Source: Octopus sinensis
Taxonomy: Eukaryota
Assembly (NCBI RefSeq): GCF_006345805.1
Contig: NC_042999.1
Location: 55,366,001 to 55,430,000, forward strand
Length of the DNA stretch: 64,000 nucleotides
Direction: 5' to 3'
In this document: positions 51,753 to 64,000 of the stretch, piece after piece
Layout of the letters: every line of letters begins with the position of its first letter
Position numbering within the stretch: position 1 is the first letter of the stretch
Notes under the pieces: model-generated
Told to the model about the DNA's origin: nothing
The model's database searches: none
Seen by the model: the letters and a program-made list of their open reading frames with translations, nothing else
Program-made: the position numbers and the translations under genes

Positions 51753-51949
51753 TATAATATATAACGTAAGGGGGATCAGCCATCTGAATGTGGCTAGGGA
51801 CAGGGCGGGGTGGGGGGGTGTTACTGATGCTTTTAGCCCCCAAAGCATCAGTAACACCCCCACCACCCCGCCCTGTCCCTAGCCACATTCAGATGGCTGA
51901 TCCCCCTTACGTTGTTGAGCAGTTACTGTTTATATCTCGTTCAGAGATT

Positions 51950-51984
<35 letters not shown>

Positions 51985-52198
51985 CGCGCCGGAGTGGCTG
52001 TGTGGTAAGTAGCTTGCTAACCAACCATATGGTTCCGGGTTCAGTCCACTGCGTGGCATCTTGGGCAAGTGTCTTCTGCTATAGCCTCGGGCTGAACAAT
52101 GCCTTGTGAGTGGATTTGGTAGACGGAAACTGAAAGAAGCCTGTCGTATATATGTATATATATATAAGTGTATGTGTGTGCGTGTTTGTCCCCCTAGC

Positions 52199-52257
<59 letters not shown>

Positions 52258-52965
52258 AATCTCTGAACGAGATATAAACAGTAACTGCTCAACAACGTAA
52301 GGGGGATCAGCCATCTGAATGTGGCTAGGGACAGGGCGGGGTGGTGGGGGTGTTACTGATGCTTTGGGGGCTAAAACCGATGCTGGTGTGTTTACGTCCC
52401 CGTCACTTAGCGGTTCGGCAAAAGAGGCCGATAGAATAAGTACTGGGCTTACAAAGAATAAGTCCCGGGGTCGATTTGCTCGACTAAAGGCGGTGCTCCA
52501 GCATGGCCGCAGTCAAATGACTGAAACAAGTAAAAGAGTAAAAGTGTAAAAGAGTATATACCAAGCAGCTAATGTTGTTTGCATAACTAGTGAGGGAGTT
52601 GAGAATATTCTGCACAATGAACTTGGTATGACGAAAGTTTCTGCTCGGTGGATACCAGCTGGTTTCCTCGAATGCTTCCTGACCCAGGATGAGTGCCGGC
52701 TCCACACTTCAAGCCAGTGACCAAGAAGCAATTCGTGCAGTGGATAGACCCCTCCTCACCTGATCCAAAGAAGGACAAGTTTGTTTCATCTGCAGGGACG
52801 GTGACAACCTCAGTTTTTGGCAATACAAAATGCACTGTGTTTCTTCTTCACTAATGAGGTCCAAGCCCTGCAGCACCGATGGAAGGAGTGTGTGGCTTGC
52901 AAGGGGACTATGTTGAAAAAAATAAACCTCATTTTCTCACATTCCATCAGAATATGTTGGTCAGC
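51215..52965 (+). mobile_element. Mariner transposon relic split by an ~925-bp insertion (51630-52556)
   Basis: MDKICHRGVFKYLQKKG...STVQNWTAEFRRGR...DDRRLT resumes ..ILHNELGMTKVSARWIP; later SAGTVTTSVF and LQHRWKECV..GDYVEK. Confidence 0.88.
51982..52545 (+). mobile_element. SINE family C, interrupted by (AT)n plus a foldback arm
   Basis: 5' half 51982-52200, 3' half resumes ccgatgctggtg at ~52377. Confidence 0.85.
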
Positions 52966-53149
52966 CTATCCCCTTACCACATTGGTGAAATAAAACGAAT
53001 TTATTAGTATCTATACATGTATGAATGTACGTATGTATGTATGTATGTATGTATGTATGTATGTATGTATGTATGTGTGTATGTATGTATGTATGTAGGT
53101 AGGTAGGTAGGTAGGTAGGTAGGTAGGTATGTAGGTATGCATGTATGCA

Positions 53150-53722
53150 TGTCTCTTCTATTTTTTAATTATTATAAATCATCCACTGAAGAGGGAGCCG
53201 GTTTCCAACAAAGATACAAGGCTCCATCTTTGGGATGTAATTAACACAAATTCACACTTGGAGCTTGAGAAAAGTCTTGCATATTTTTACTGTTCCACTC
53301 ACAGCTTGCACGTGTACGAATTAGCCGGTCGATTCCTGTTTATGAAAATCCCAGTTTATCCAGATTCTCCTTGAAGCAATTACTAACAAAACCTAGTGCT
53401 CCAATTATTATTTCTATGAATATGAACTCATAGTGTGGATATAGAAGCTGGAGGTTTCGAATCAGTTGTCCATGGATATCCTCTTTTTCTTTGATTTTCA
53501 AACAGATATTTATATCTGCAAGGCAGCTGACCTCTATGATGGTACATATCTTTGTCCCCTTTGTCCCACACAACAATATCCGGCCAGTTATGCTTACATT
53601 TGACAGACGTTTTGATGGAGAATACCCCACCAGTATTCCTAGAGTTGGTGTTTATGAAAGTATTCCATAACAGAGGGCTCTTCTAAGTTAATTTCAGGAC
53701 AGACTTTTTTGCGGATGGCATT
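53150..53722 (-). mobile_element. RLE non-LTR 3' fragment (R4/NeSL-like) in (CATA)n
   Basis: HNRPDIVVWD-like motif across a frameshift, IIEVSC, KEKEDIHGQLIRNLQLLYP, IIIGALG; (GTAT)n on both sides. Confidence 0.8.
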
Positions 53723-53755
53723 GTATGTATGTATGTATGTATGTATGTATGTATG

Positions 53756-53784
<29 letters not shown>

Positions 53785-53786
<2 letters not shown>

Positions 53787-54075
53787 TCTGTTTTTAATTT
53801 AAAAAAAAATTCCTCTCACGAAGTTGGTTTCCAACAAAGATTTAGTGTTCCATCGTTGGTAACGAAAACAATGTGATATTTTAAACTTGAGAAAAGTTTT
53901 ACTTATTTGTACTGTTCCGCTTACAGATTGTATGAGTTGGTTGATTTCTTAGCTAAACCATATTGTAAACTTAGACATTTACTCACAAAACCAAGCGAAC
54001 CAAGTATTACTGGTATCAATGTAAATTCATAATCTGGATATAGAAGCTGGAGGTTTCGATGCAGTTGTCCATAGC
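53785..54075 (-). mobile_element. Second copy of the (CATA)n-resident RLE 3' end
   Basis: Shares gatatagaagctggaggtttcga...cagttgtccat and the 3' UTR with 53150-53480. Confidence 0.75.
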
Positions 54076-55309
54076 TATCTTATGCATGTATGCATGTCTA
54101 TGTATGTATGTGCGTACGTATGTATATGCATGTATATGTTTGTATGTATGCATGTATGTATGTATGGATATATGAATGTATGTATGTATGCATGTGTATG
54201 TATGTATGTATGTGTGTACGTATGTATATCTATGTATATGTATGTTTGTAAGTATGTTTGTAAGTATATATGCATGTATGTATGTATGTATGTGTATGTA
54301 TGTGTATGTAATCTGTTTTTAACTTTAAAAACTTTTCCTCTGACGAAATAGTTGTATGTATGTATGCATGTATGTATTCATGTATGCATGAATACATGCA
54401 TGTATGTATATATGCATGAATGCATGTATATATGTATTCATGCATGTACGTATGTATGTATGTATGTATGTATGTATTCATGCATGTACGTATGTATGTA
54501 TGCATGTATGTATGTATGTATGTATGTTTGTATGTATGTATGTTTGTATGTATACCTGCATGCATGTATGTATGTATGTATGTATGTATGTATGTATGTA
54601 TGTATGTATGACTTTATGTATGTATGTATGTATGCATGCATGTATGTACGTATGTATGTATGTATGTATGTATGTATGTATGTATGTATGTATGTATGTA
54701 TGTATGTATGTATGTATATGAGAGCTGTGTATTTCAAAGAGATGAGCCTATTATTTCTTGTATTTGTTCATTTATCCACATAGGAACGCCTTTAATGTTT
54801 AGTGGCTCAATATTTCTGCTAGTTTCCATAGTTTTCCAAGAGTCCTGGTAACACCCACCGCAGAATTCATCAAACTATACAACCCTAACCATACATATAT
54901 TCATTCTCTCATCCATTCTATTATATTCGAAACTACACTCCATATCTTCAATGTTTCGTAAAATTTGCCTGAAAAATTCAATTCATTTTACTCGTATATT
55001 TTATAATGGCCGCTTCCGGTTTATGTTCGCTCTGCCTTTCGTTTATGTTCAGACCATAGCAAACATCCTCGTTGTCTGTTCCTGTATTCATGTAGCGGAT
55101 GATTAAATCGACATCAAATGATGTCGTTTACTTCAGCACACTTCCGATATTTACATCTCACTACTTTTCAGCATTTATTCTCAGCCAACCTTTTATTCTT
55201 GATTTTATTTATTTATTTTTTTTACGGTTTTCGTTTTTGTTTTTGTTTTCGTACTTGATTGGTGAGGTCAGAAGCATTTCTACACACACTAACACATACA
55301 CACACGTCA

Positions 55310-55487
55310 TAGTGTGTGTGTTAAGTAGCTTGCTTACAAACCACATGGTTTCGGGTTCAGTCCCACTGCGTGGCACCTTGGACAAGTGTCTTCTACTATA
55401 GCCTCGGTCGACCAAAGCCTTGTGAGTGGGTTTGGTAGATGGAAACTGAAAGAAGCCCATCTTACACACACACACACACACACACAC

Positions 55488-55522
<35 letters not shown>

Positions 55523-55735
55523 TATATATATATATATATATAATATATATATATATGCATATGTTTGTGTGTCTATTTTTGTCCCCCAGCATCGTTTGAC
55601 AACCGATGCTAGTGTGTGTACGTCACCGTAACATAGCGGTTCAGCAAAAAGAGATCGATAGAATAAGTACTAGACTTACAAAGAATAAGACAGCGCTCCA
55701 GCATGGCCTCAGTCAAATGACTGGAACAAATAAAA
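55310..55735 (+). mobile_element. SINE family C
   Basis: Core and tail motifs. Confidence 0.85.
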
Positions 55736-55746
55736 AGAAAAAAGTA

Positions 55747-55796
<50 letters not shown>

Positions 55797-55844
55797 TATA
55801 TATACACATATATACGTTCATATATATATATATATATACTTATG

Positions 55845-55875
<31 letters not shown>

Positions 55876-56313
55876 GTATATATATATATATACACGTACA
55901 CATGCATACATAAATATAAATATATACACATATATATATATGTATACATACCCACATACATATACATAGGTGCACATAAGCCTATATAGGCATTTAAATG
56001 CACACACACATATATACACAAACATACACATATTGACATATGCATATATGCCTATATATATATGAAACTACATGTATGTATATATATATATATATGTATA
56101 CACACACACACATGTATATATATATTCATATATATATGTACATATATATATGTCTATGTGTATATACATGCATATATATATATATATATACACACATACA
56201 TATAAATATAGTCACATACATACACATACATACATGCACACACACACTCACACACATACGCGCACACACACGCACACGCACGCAGACACCCACCCACAAA
56301 CACATATAGGTGG

Positions 56314-56432
<119 letters not shown>

Positions 56433-56974
56433 TAACCGCTTATTCCTGTCCCATGTTCTTTTTCTGTTCGGAATTTGGCTCGCTTTGTTCTTTGTTCAGT
56501 AAGTCCTTTCTTTTTGTGTGTCTGTGCAATAAATATTAATATTTATTACCCTTATTATTATGCAGACACTTTCCACTTCCGGCAAACCCTCAGGAACTGA
56601 AGTTCCTCCTTTGAATGAAAGTAGTGGAGTGGAGAGACCGGTGTTGCCCTCCAGTAAATTTACCGAAAAGTAGTTGAGAGTCGCGAGTACTGCTTGAGTG
56701 CAAGGACCTTGTCTTGGTATGCGTCTGTGACCTGGTGAAAATAGTTAGGTGTGGGCACTTGCCCTTGTAGTAAAGGTAATCCAGAGTCTGTAGGACTTCC
56801 TGTCTAAATTCAAGTGTCTGTCCATTGTTTAGGCGTTGGGCTACCTTTGTTTTTATGCTGATTTTTTTCTAGCCTGGGGATTTTTTTCCGCATTCGATTC
56901 TTCGTAAACCGCCAAAGCATTTATATATCGTATAAAAAAAAATTAATGAATGATATTTCGTAAGGAGCTGTACT

Positions 56975-57200
56975 GGCATAATCGTTAGAGTGTCGAACTC
57001 AATTCCTTACGGTATTTCTTCCGCCCTTTACATTCTGAGTTCAAATCCAGTCGAGAATAGCTTTCCTTACGGTATTTCTTCCGCCCTTTACATTCTGAGT
57101 TCAAATCCAGTCGAGAATAGCTTTGTATTTCATCATTCTGGAATCAATAAAATCAACTACTGGGGCCAATGATCTTGTCTTAATCCGTCCCATTAAAATT
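56975..57200 (+). mobile_element. SINE family N with an exact internal 60-bp tandem duplication
   Basis: ttccttacggtatttcttccgccctttacattctgagttcaaatccagtcgagaatagct present twice (~57003-57122). Confidence 0.8.
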
Positions 57201-57479
57201 GCTGGCAGTGCAACCAAAGTGATTAGATTTATTTTCTTATGTATATGAATTCGAACGCACAGAAACTGCCTTTATCTCTCTCTCTCTCTCTCTCTCCTCT
57301 CTCTGTACAAATATTGTAATTTGCATGCCGTATAAAGATTAAAACGATTTACGGCCGAATTTGCAAATTCTTATCGTCTTTTTATTCTTGCATATGGAGA
57401 ATGTCTGCCTTCTACATTTCAGCTTTCTTTGTTAGGAGCTAAAGTTCCTAAACTATCATTATTATTTTCTCTTTATGAC

Positions 57480-58080
57480 AGGTTTTGTTGGAACTTCTGG
57501 AGTCTTGCATGCATAGCGGGATTATTACATGCAGGTTACGGGGCCATGCTATTCGTTCTTTTCAGTTATTTAATGCTTTCCTGATTATTCTGGCCGTGCT
57601 CAGGAGGCAAACCTTTTGTAACAGTTCTACTGGGCATTCTATTCCAATTTTCTTTATATTCCCCTTGATGCCTTCTGATACTGTTCCCAAGGATCCAATA
57701 ATAACTGGCACTATCTTCACCTTCTTCATTTTCCATAGCCGGACTATTTCGTACTTAAGAGGGTTGTATTTATTTATCTTTTCGCCTTCCTTCTTGGCTA
57801 TTCGTGGATCAAAGAGACATGCAACATCAACTATATAGCACATGTGGTGCATCTTGTCCATCAGTACTAGGTCCTGTGTTATGCTCTAGCACCTGATCTG
57901 TTTGGATTGAGAAATCCCAGAGGATTTTGCTAGTGAAGAAGCTTTCATCCTGTTGGTCAAAAATGTCTTGGACAGAAAGTCTCTTTCTAAGAACATGAGC
58001 TGTGACAAGGTGTAGGGTGGGTGTGTTTATAGAGCACTCACATGTTTATATCGATGTTCAAATGTTCCTGGCGTATGATA
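57480..58080 (-). mobile_element. R4/Dong-type RLE 3' fragment
   Basis: KILWDFSIQTD, VACLFDPRIAKKEGEKINKYNPLKYEI..W..KKVKIVPVIIGSLG..LLSTARIIRKAL. Confidence 0.88.
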
Positions 58081-58324
58081 ACCTTTCCGGTCTCTGTTAC
58101 TGAAGAGGAGATAACCACTCCTAAATGCATGAATCCATCAATCTGGTTAGGAGGCGCTGAGGCGACTGTAAGCTGTCTAAAGCGAAAAATTTTCTCCATC
58201 ACAAAATAGAGGGATCAGCTTTCTTACGGATTCGAATATGGTTCAAGCATTTTTGAACTGGAAAAAAATTTGTTTTTATACACATCACTGCTTAACACTG
58301 TCAGCCCGTATATCATTATTATTA

Positions 58325-58377
<53 letters not shown>

Positions 58378-58439
58378 GGAAACTCAGTTTATTTTGCTGG
58401 GTATGATTGAAAGTGTCAGCTGTCCACAGCCAGCAGGAT

Positions 58440-58565
58440 AAGGTCACACTTGTTTACTGGTCATGCTTCAAGAACCCTGTGAAGAATTCTTGCAGTTTCA
58501 AGCAATGCTGATTTTTGTAGGTGTTCTACTTTCACACTTGCTCTGAACTTTTTCAGCCATGTTGA
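58440..58565 (-). mobile_element. R4/Dong 3' tip
   Basis: WLKKFRASVKVEHLQKSALLETARILHRVLEA*. Confidence 0.75.
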
Positions 58566-58576
58566 TAGCTGAGTAC

Positions 58577-58622
<46 letters not shown>

Positions 58623-58692
58623 GTTGTTGTTGTTGTTGTTGGTGTTGTTGTTGTTGTTGTTGTTGGTGTTGTTGTTGTTGTTGTTGTTGTTG

Positions 58693-59450
58693 TTATATTG
58701 TCTTAGCACAGCTTTTAACGCTGGAGATGTACTACGGTATCAGCTGTTCACTACCTGTGAACTAAGGTAACACCCCTTATTTTTCGAGTACCATCCGGAG
58801 TATTCGAGCGGTTCCAAGCAGTGCTGTTTTCTGCAAGTGATCCACCCTTATTGCAGCCCCTATTTGCTCCACGTACTTCTCAAGATTTTTACTTACTGTT
58901 CCCAGGGTTCTGACAATTATTGATGCTACTACCATCTTTTTCATCGACCACAACTGCTTAATCCATCAGTATACCCATCATGACTACCCGTCTGATAAGT
59001 GTACACCAGGCACATGCATCACAAACATATGTGCGTGACGTGGTGATATCATATCAAGACTAACAGCACATGACCTTGCAGTTGGGGCTCAGTTAGAATT
59101 TTCTTCTGGTCGAGTAGCCCATCCCGCTCAAAAGGTCCCTGAATAAGAGTTGTTTAAAGAGGTTGAACGAAACACCCATGTTTCCAGAGGTGAATTATTC
59201 AATCCCCAAAGAATCCCTCTCAACATATGGCTATGATGCTCCCCCACTACTTCTGCTCGTGATCAGAGATGCACATATCGTCAGCCACTAAGGGACATGC
59301 TCAACTGGTTAAGGTCAAACAACTGACAAGCAAATCTGTGGTATTGAGCAGAATATTTGCTGTAGCCCATCTTTTATACCAAGACAAAATAATATACATG
59401 ATAACACTTCCAATCAGTTAAGATCAGAAGCCATGAGATCCACTTCCTGG
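58693..59450 (-). mobile_element. Chimera: ~530-bp element (58967-59450) fused to an R4/Dong 3' end (58693-58966)
   Basis: Junction gatgggtatactg|atggattaagcagttgtgg; the R4 part matches ~35105-35340. Confidence 0.8.
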
Positions 59451-59489
59451 TACTGCATCAGGGCATTTACTATTATTATTATTATTATT

Positions 59490-59703
59490 ATGGTGGCGAG
59501 CTGGCAGAATCGTTAGCACGCTGGGCAAAATGCTTAGCGGTATTTCGTCCGTCCTTCCGCTCTGAGTACAAATTCCGCCGAGGTCGACTTTGTTTGTCAT
59601 CCTTTCGGAGTCGATGAATTAAGTGCCAGTGAAACGGTGGGGGTGATGTAATCGACAGGTCCCCTCCCCCAAAATTTCAGGCGTTGTGCCTATAGTAGAA
59701 AGG

Positions 59704-59705
<2 letters not shown>
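59490..59705 (+). mobile_element. SINE family N, full length
   Basis: ggtggcgagctggcagaatcgttagcacg...; (ATT)n on both sides. Confidence 0.9.
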
Positions 59706-59756
<51 letters not shown>

Positions 59757-59995
59757 TACTACTATTATTATTGTTGTTGTTGTTGCTGTTGTTGTTTTTT
59801 TATTATTATTGCTATTGTTATTTTGTTGTTGTTATTATTATTATTATTATTATAACTATTATTATTATTATTATTATTATTATTATCATTATTTTATTAC
59901 GCCCACCTTATTAACAACATCACAATAATTTTTTGTGGCTTTTTTTTATTCGACATATTTATGTTTTATTTGGTCTGTTGTTGGTGTTTTAGTAT

Positions 59996-60026
<31 letters not shown>

Positions 60027-60404
60027 TCTACTTCGGGCCTGCTCGATCAAGGTTGATTTCGAGTGTAGAGCAACAATAAACGAAATCACCAAGAACAATA
60101 ACAACAACAACAACAACAACAACAACAGCAACAGCAACACTCGATCACGACAGATAATGTGTTAAAAAGCACCAACAATTGATAACAACAACAACAAAGC
60201 TAAGTGTGCAGGAACAGGGTAAATCATGTGCCAAACAAAAACATCGACGTCAACAACAACAACAAGAACAACAACAACATCGACTCATCGTAAAAATACC
60301 AAACACACACGAAATCCCAACCACGTCGGTCTTAACCTCTTTATTTATCTTTTCGTCCAAAACAAAGAAACCGGATTTCCTCTGGATTCTTCTAAACAAA
60401 TTTA

Positions 60405-60567
60405 ATGTACTTCATTCTCTCTCTGTCTCTCTCTCTCTTCCTCTCTCTCTCCCTCAAACACACACACACACATACACACATACACACACACACACACAAA
60501 TACACTCACTTTTCCTTCGCTTTCTCTCTCCCTCCCACTAACTCTTTCTCTCACGTTCACTTCCCCC

Positions 60568-60598
<31 letters not shown>

Positions 60599-60950
60599 GT
60601 TTTTCCTCACTATCCCCTCTCTTTCACTCTCTCTCTCTTTCTATTTCCTCTCTTTTCTCTCTCTCTCTCTCTCTCGTTCTCATTCTTTCTTTTCCCCCTC
60701 TTTCTTTCTCTCTTTTCCCTCCCCTCCTCTTTCTCTCTCTCTCTCTCTCTGTCTCTTCCCTCTCTTTCTCTCTCTTTCGCTCTCTCGCACGTACACCAGC
60801 ACTTTTCCCTCACGTTTCTCTCTCCCTCTCTCCGTCTCCCTGTCTGTGTGTGTCTCTCTCTCCCTCTCTCTCTCCCTCTCCCTCTCTCCCTCTTCTTCAC
60901 TTCCACACATTGAACTCTCCTTCTCTCTTTCACCCCCTTCCATTATGTCG
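60405..60950. repeat. CT-rich low-complexity tract
   Basis: Direct reading. Confidence 0.9.
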
Positions 60951-61130
60951 CCTGGTTAAATAAAGTAATATGTCATACGCTTGCATTTCTTCAAGTCATT
61001 CAGTTCACTGTAATGATAGCTTTATACTGTCATATAACACTTTCTACTTGTCTAACTGCCTTTCTGGCGAGTGCCTAATGTCTACCTATCTATCTATATA
61101 TATCGCACTGTCTACCTGTCTTTCTATATC

Positions 61131-61915
61131 ACTCTGTCTGTATCTATCTGTCTATACCTACCTGTCTATCAGTGTCTACTTGTCCATCTATGTCTAACTG
61201 TCTAGCCATAACTATCTCTATGTCTATGTCTGTCTATCTATATCAACCTGTTAAACTGTCTAACGATGTCTAGCTGTTTAACTATATCTATTTCTGTCTA
61301 TTGTCTAGTTATTTTTCACAGTCTATCACTCTGTCCAATCTATCTGTCTATACTACTGTCTATCAGTGTCTACTTGTCCATCTATGTCTAACTGTCTAGC
61401 CATAACTATCTCTATGTCTATGTCTGTCTATCTATATCAACCTGTTAAACTGTCTAACGATGTCTAGCTGTTTAACTATATCTATTTCTGTCTATTTGTC
61501 TAGTTATTTTTCACAGTCTATCACTCTGTCCGTATCTATCTGTCTATACCTACCTGTCTATCAGTGTCTACTTGTCCATCTATGTCTAACTGTCTAGCCA
61601 TAACTATCTCTATGTCTATGTCTGTCTATCTATATCAACCTGTTAAACTGTCTAACGATGTCTAGCTGTTTAACTATATCTATTTCTGTCTATTTGTCTA
61701 GTTATTTTTCACAGTCTATCACTCTGTCCGTATCTATCTGTCTATACCTACCTGTCTATCAGTGTCTACTTGTCCATCTATGTCTAACTGTCTAGCCATA
61801 ACTATCTCTATGTCTATGTCTGTCTATCTATATCAACCTGTTAAACTGTCAATCGATGTCTAGCTGTTTAACTATATCTATCTATGTCTATTTGTCTAGT
61901 TATTTTTCACAGTCT
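61131..61915. repeat. ~197-bp minisatellite, ~4 near-identical copies
   Basis: Unit start actctgtc at 61131, 61328, 61523, 61721. Confidence 0.92.
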
Positions 61916-62627
61916 ATCTATATCTACGTGTCCATGTCTAACAATCTATGTCTACAATTTACTTGTCTGACGGTCTAACTATATCTTGCTGTCTATCGCT
62001 ATGTCTATAACTACCTGTCTATCCATATCTATAAGTCGAACTCTCTATAATTATCTGTCTATCTATATCTGTCTATCTTATATTTATCTCTCTACCAGTC
62101 TCTAATGATTTGCCTATGTCAACCTGTCTACCTATGACCATCTGTATGTATTACTTTTGACACACATTACAACGCGACCCCTACTAAACCATATTTTGAA
62201 TTTTCTTGTATCTGCTTTTTCATGTTCTTTGAATCCGTGTGGTGCATCTTCTAGGTTCTGGGTTCAAAAACCACCGAACGTAACTCTGCCTTTCAGTAAA
62301 ACAGAAGTACCTGTCAAGTATTGGGCAACAACTAACTCCCGCTCCTAGAAATTGCTGGTATGCAATATCTATGATTAAATAGGTTTCTTGTGTATTCACA
62401 GCCACAATATCCGATTTTTTATATTCAATTTCATGAACACATTGGATCCTTATATCTCATCGGACAAAATGCATTATATATTTCTTCTGGCTTTTTATAT
62501 CTCAGAATAAGTCCCACCAAGGTCAACTTTGTCTTTCAGCCTTTCGAGGTCCATAAAATAAAATACCTGTCGAGTGCTGATTTCAATGTAATCAACTTGT
62601 CCCTGTTGCTCAAAATTGTTACCTTTC

Positions 62628-62705
<78 letters not shown>

Positions 62706-62724
62706 CATTGTTATTACTATCAAG

Positions 62725-62935
62725 ACGGCGAGTTGGCAGAATCGTTAGCACGCTGGACGAAATGCTTAACGTTATTTCGTCTGCTGCTACGTTTCGAGTT
62801 CAAATTCTGCCGAGGTCGACTTTGCCTTTCATCCTTTCGGGATCGATTAAATAAGTACCAGTTACACACTGGGATAGATGTAATCGACTTCATCCCTTTC
62901 CCCAAATTTGAGGCCTTGTACTTCGAGTAGAAAGG
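62725..62935 (+). mobile_element. SINE family N, full length
   Basis: Head ggcgagttggcagaatcgttagc, core, tail gtagaaaggattatt. Confidence 0.9.
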
Positions 62936-62962
62936 ATTATTATTATTATTATTATTATTATT

Positions 62963-63468
62963 GAGTGAGAGAGCAGTTCATGCCATCAAAGTGACACTGG
63001 GGTAAAATATACGAAGCCCAATATACCCATCATGACTACCCGTCTGATAAAGGTACACCAGGCACATGCATCACAACCATATGTGCGCGACATGGTGATC
63101 TCATATCAAGATAAACAGCACATGACCTTGCAGGTGGGGCTCAGTTAGAATTTTCTTCAGGTTGAGTAGCCCATCCCGCTCAAACGGTCCCTGAATAAGG
63201 GTTGTTTAAGGATGTTGAAAGAACCACCCATGTTTCCAGAGGTGAACTATTCAAACCCCAAAGAATCCCTCTCAACACATGGCTATGATGCTCCCCCACT
63301 ACTTCTGCTCGTGATCAGAGATGCACATATCGTCAGCCACTAAGGGACATGCTCAAATGGTTAAGGTCAAACAACTGACAAGCAAATCTGTGGTATTGAG
63401 CAGAATATTTGCTGTAGCCCATCTTTTATACCAAGACAAAACAATGTACATGATAACACTTCCAATCA
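62963..63468 (-). mobile_element. ~530-bp element, copy 4
   Basis: Reverse complement of 2030-2545; (ATT)n on both sides. Confidence 0.85.
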
Positions 63469-63505
<37 letters not shown>

Positions 63506-63576
63506 TATTATTATTATTATTATTATCATCATTATCATTATTATTATTATCATTATTATTATTATTATTATTATTA

Positions 63577-63890
<314 letters not shown>

Positions 63891-64000
63891 TGGAAAGAAC
63901 CATCCTCCTGCTCCTATTCCTCACCCTCCTCCTCCTCATCATCATTTGTTCGACACAAGACCAAAACACTGTTCTGGCCGAATTCTTCAATTGAATGTCA

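Noticed and set aside
55005-55030. atggccgcttccggt YY1/ETS-like promoter motif
   Set aside because: Lies in sequence that reads like a degenerate continuation of the minus-strand RLE element; single motif only
56540-56880. Minus-strand ~90-codon open frame (EKISIKTKVAQRLNNGQ...)
   Set aside because: Possibly a LINE ORF1 relic, but no diagnostic motif; not called

Overview
This is AT-rich, repeat-saturated animal genomic DNA. The repeat repertoire points to an octopod cephalopod such as Octopus (inference): tRNA-headed CORE-like, Nin/Deu-like and Ceph-like SINEs, R4/Dong RLE retroposons, and dense (AT)n/(CATA)n/(CTAT)n/(AAT)n microsatellites. Almost all ORFs in the supplied track are microsatellite translations. 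No complete host gene can be named. Several unique, GC-richer patches carry splice signals and open frames and may be exons of one or two long-intron genes (low confidence). Supported content: many SINEs; 5'-truncated R4/Dong-type and other RLE non-LTR elements; Tx1/L1-clade elements, including a young RT-containing piece ending at a 100-N gap; an I/Nimb-like LINE relic; a Penelope GIY-YIG fragment; three mariner relics; a hAT relic; a 194-bp MITE with 3-bp TSD; a 381-bp non-autonomous Helitron whose ends are proven by an empty-site paralog; an LTR-like direct repeat; a ~197-bp minisatellite; and several foldback or inverted duplications. Most interesting observations: (1) seven dispersed copies of minimal hammerhead-ribozyme-like motifs with non-canonical cores and covarying stems, in three short (AT)n/(AAT)n-associated families; (2) an apparent partitioning of microsatellite motifs among different retroposon families; (3) a tRNA-less ~530-bp (AAT)n-resident element with an R4 chimera; (4) a G4-containing perfect foldback inside a mariner. 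Single-base indels in the assembly suggest noisy long-read consensus, so frameshifts should be read cautiously.
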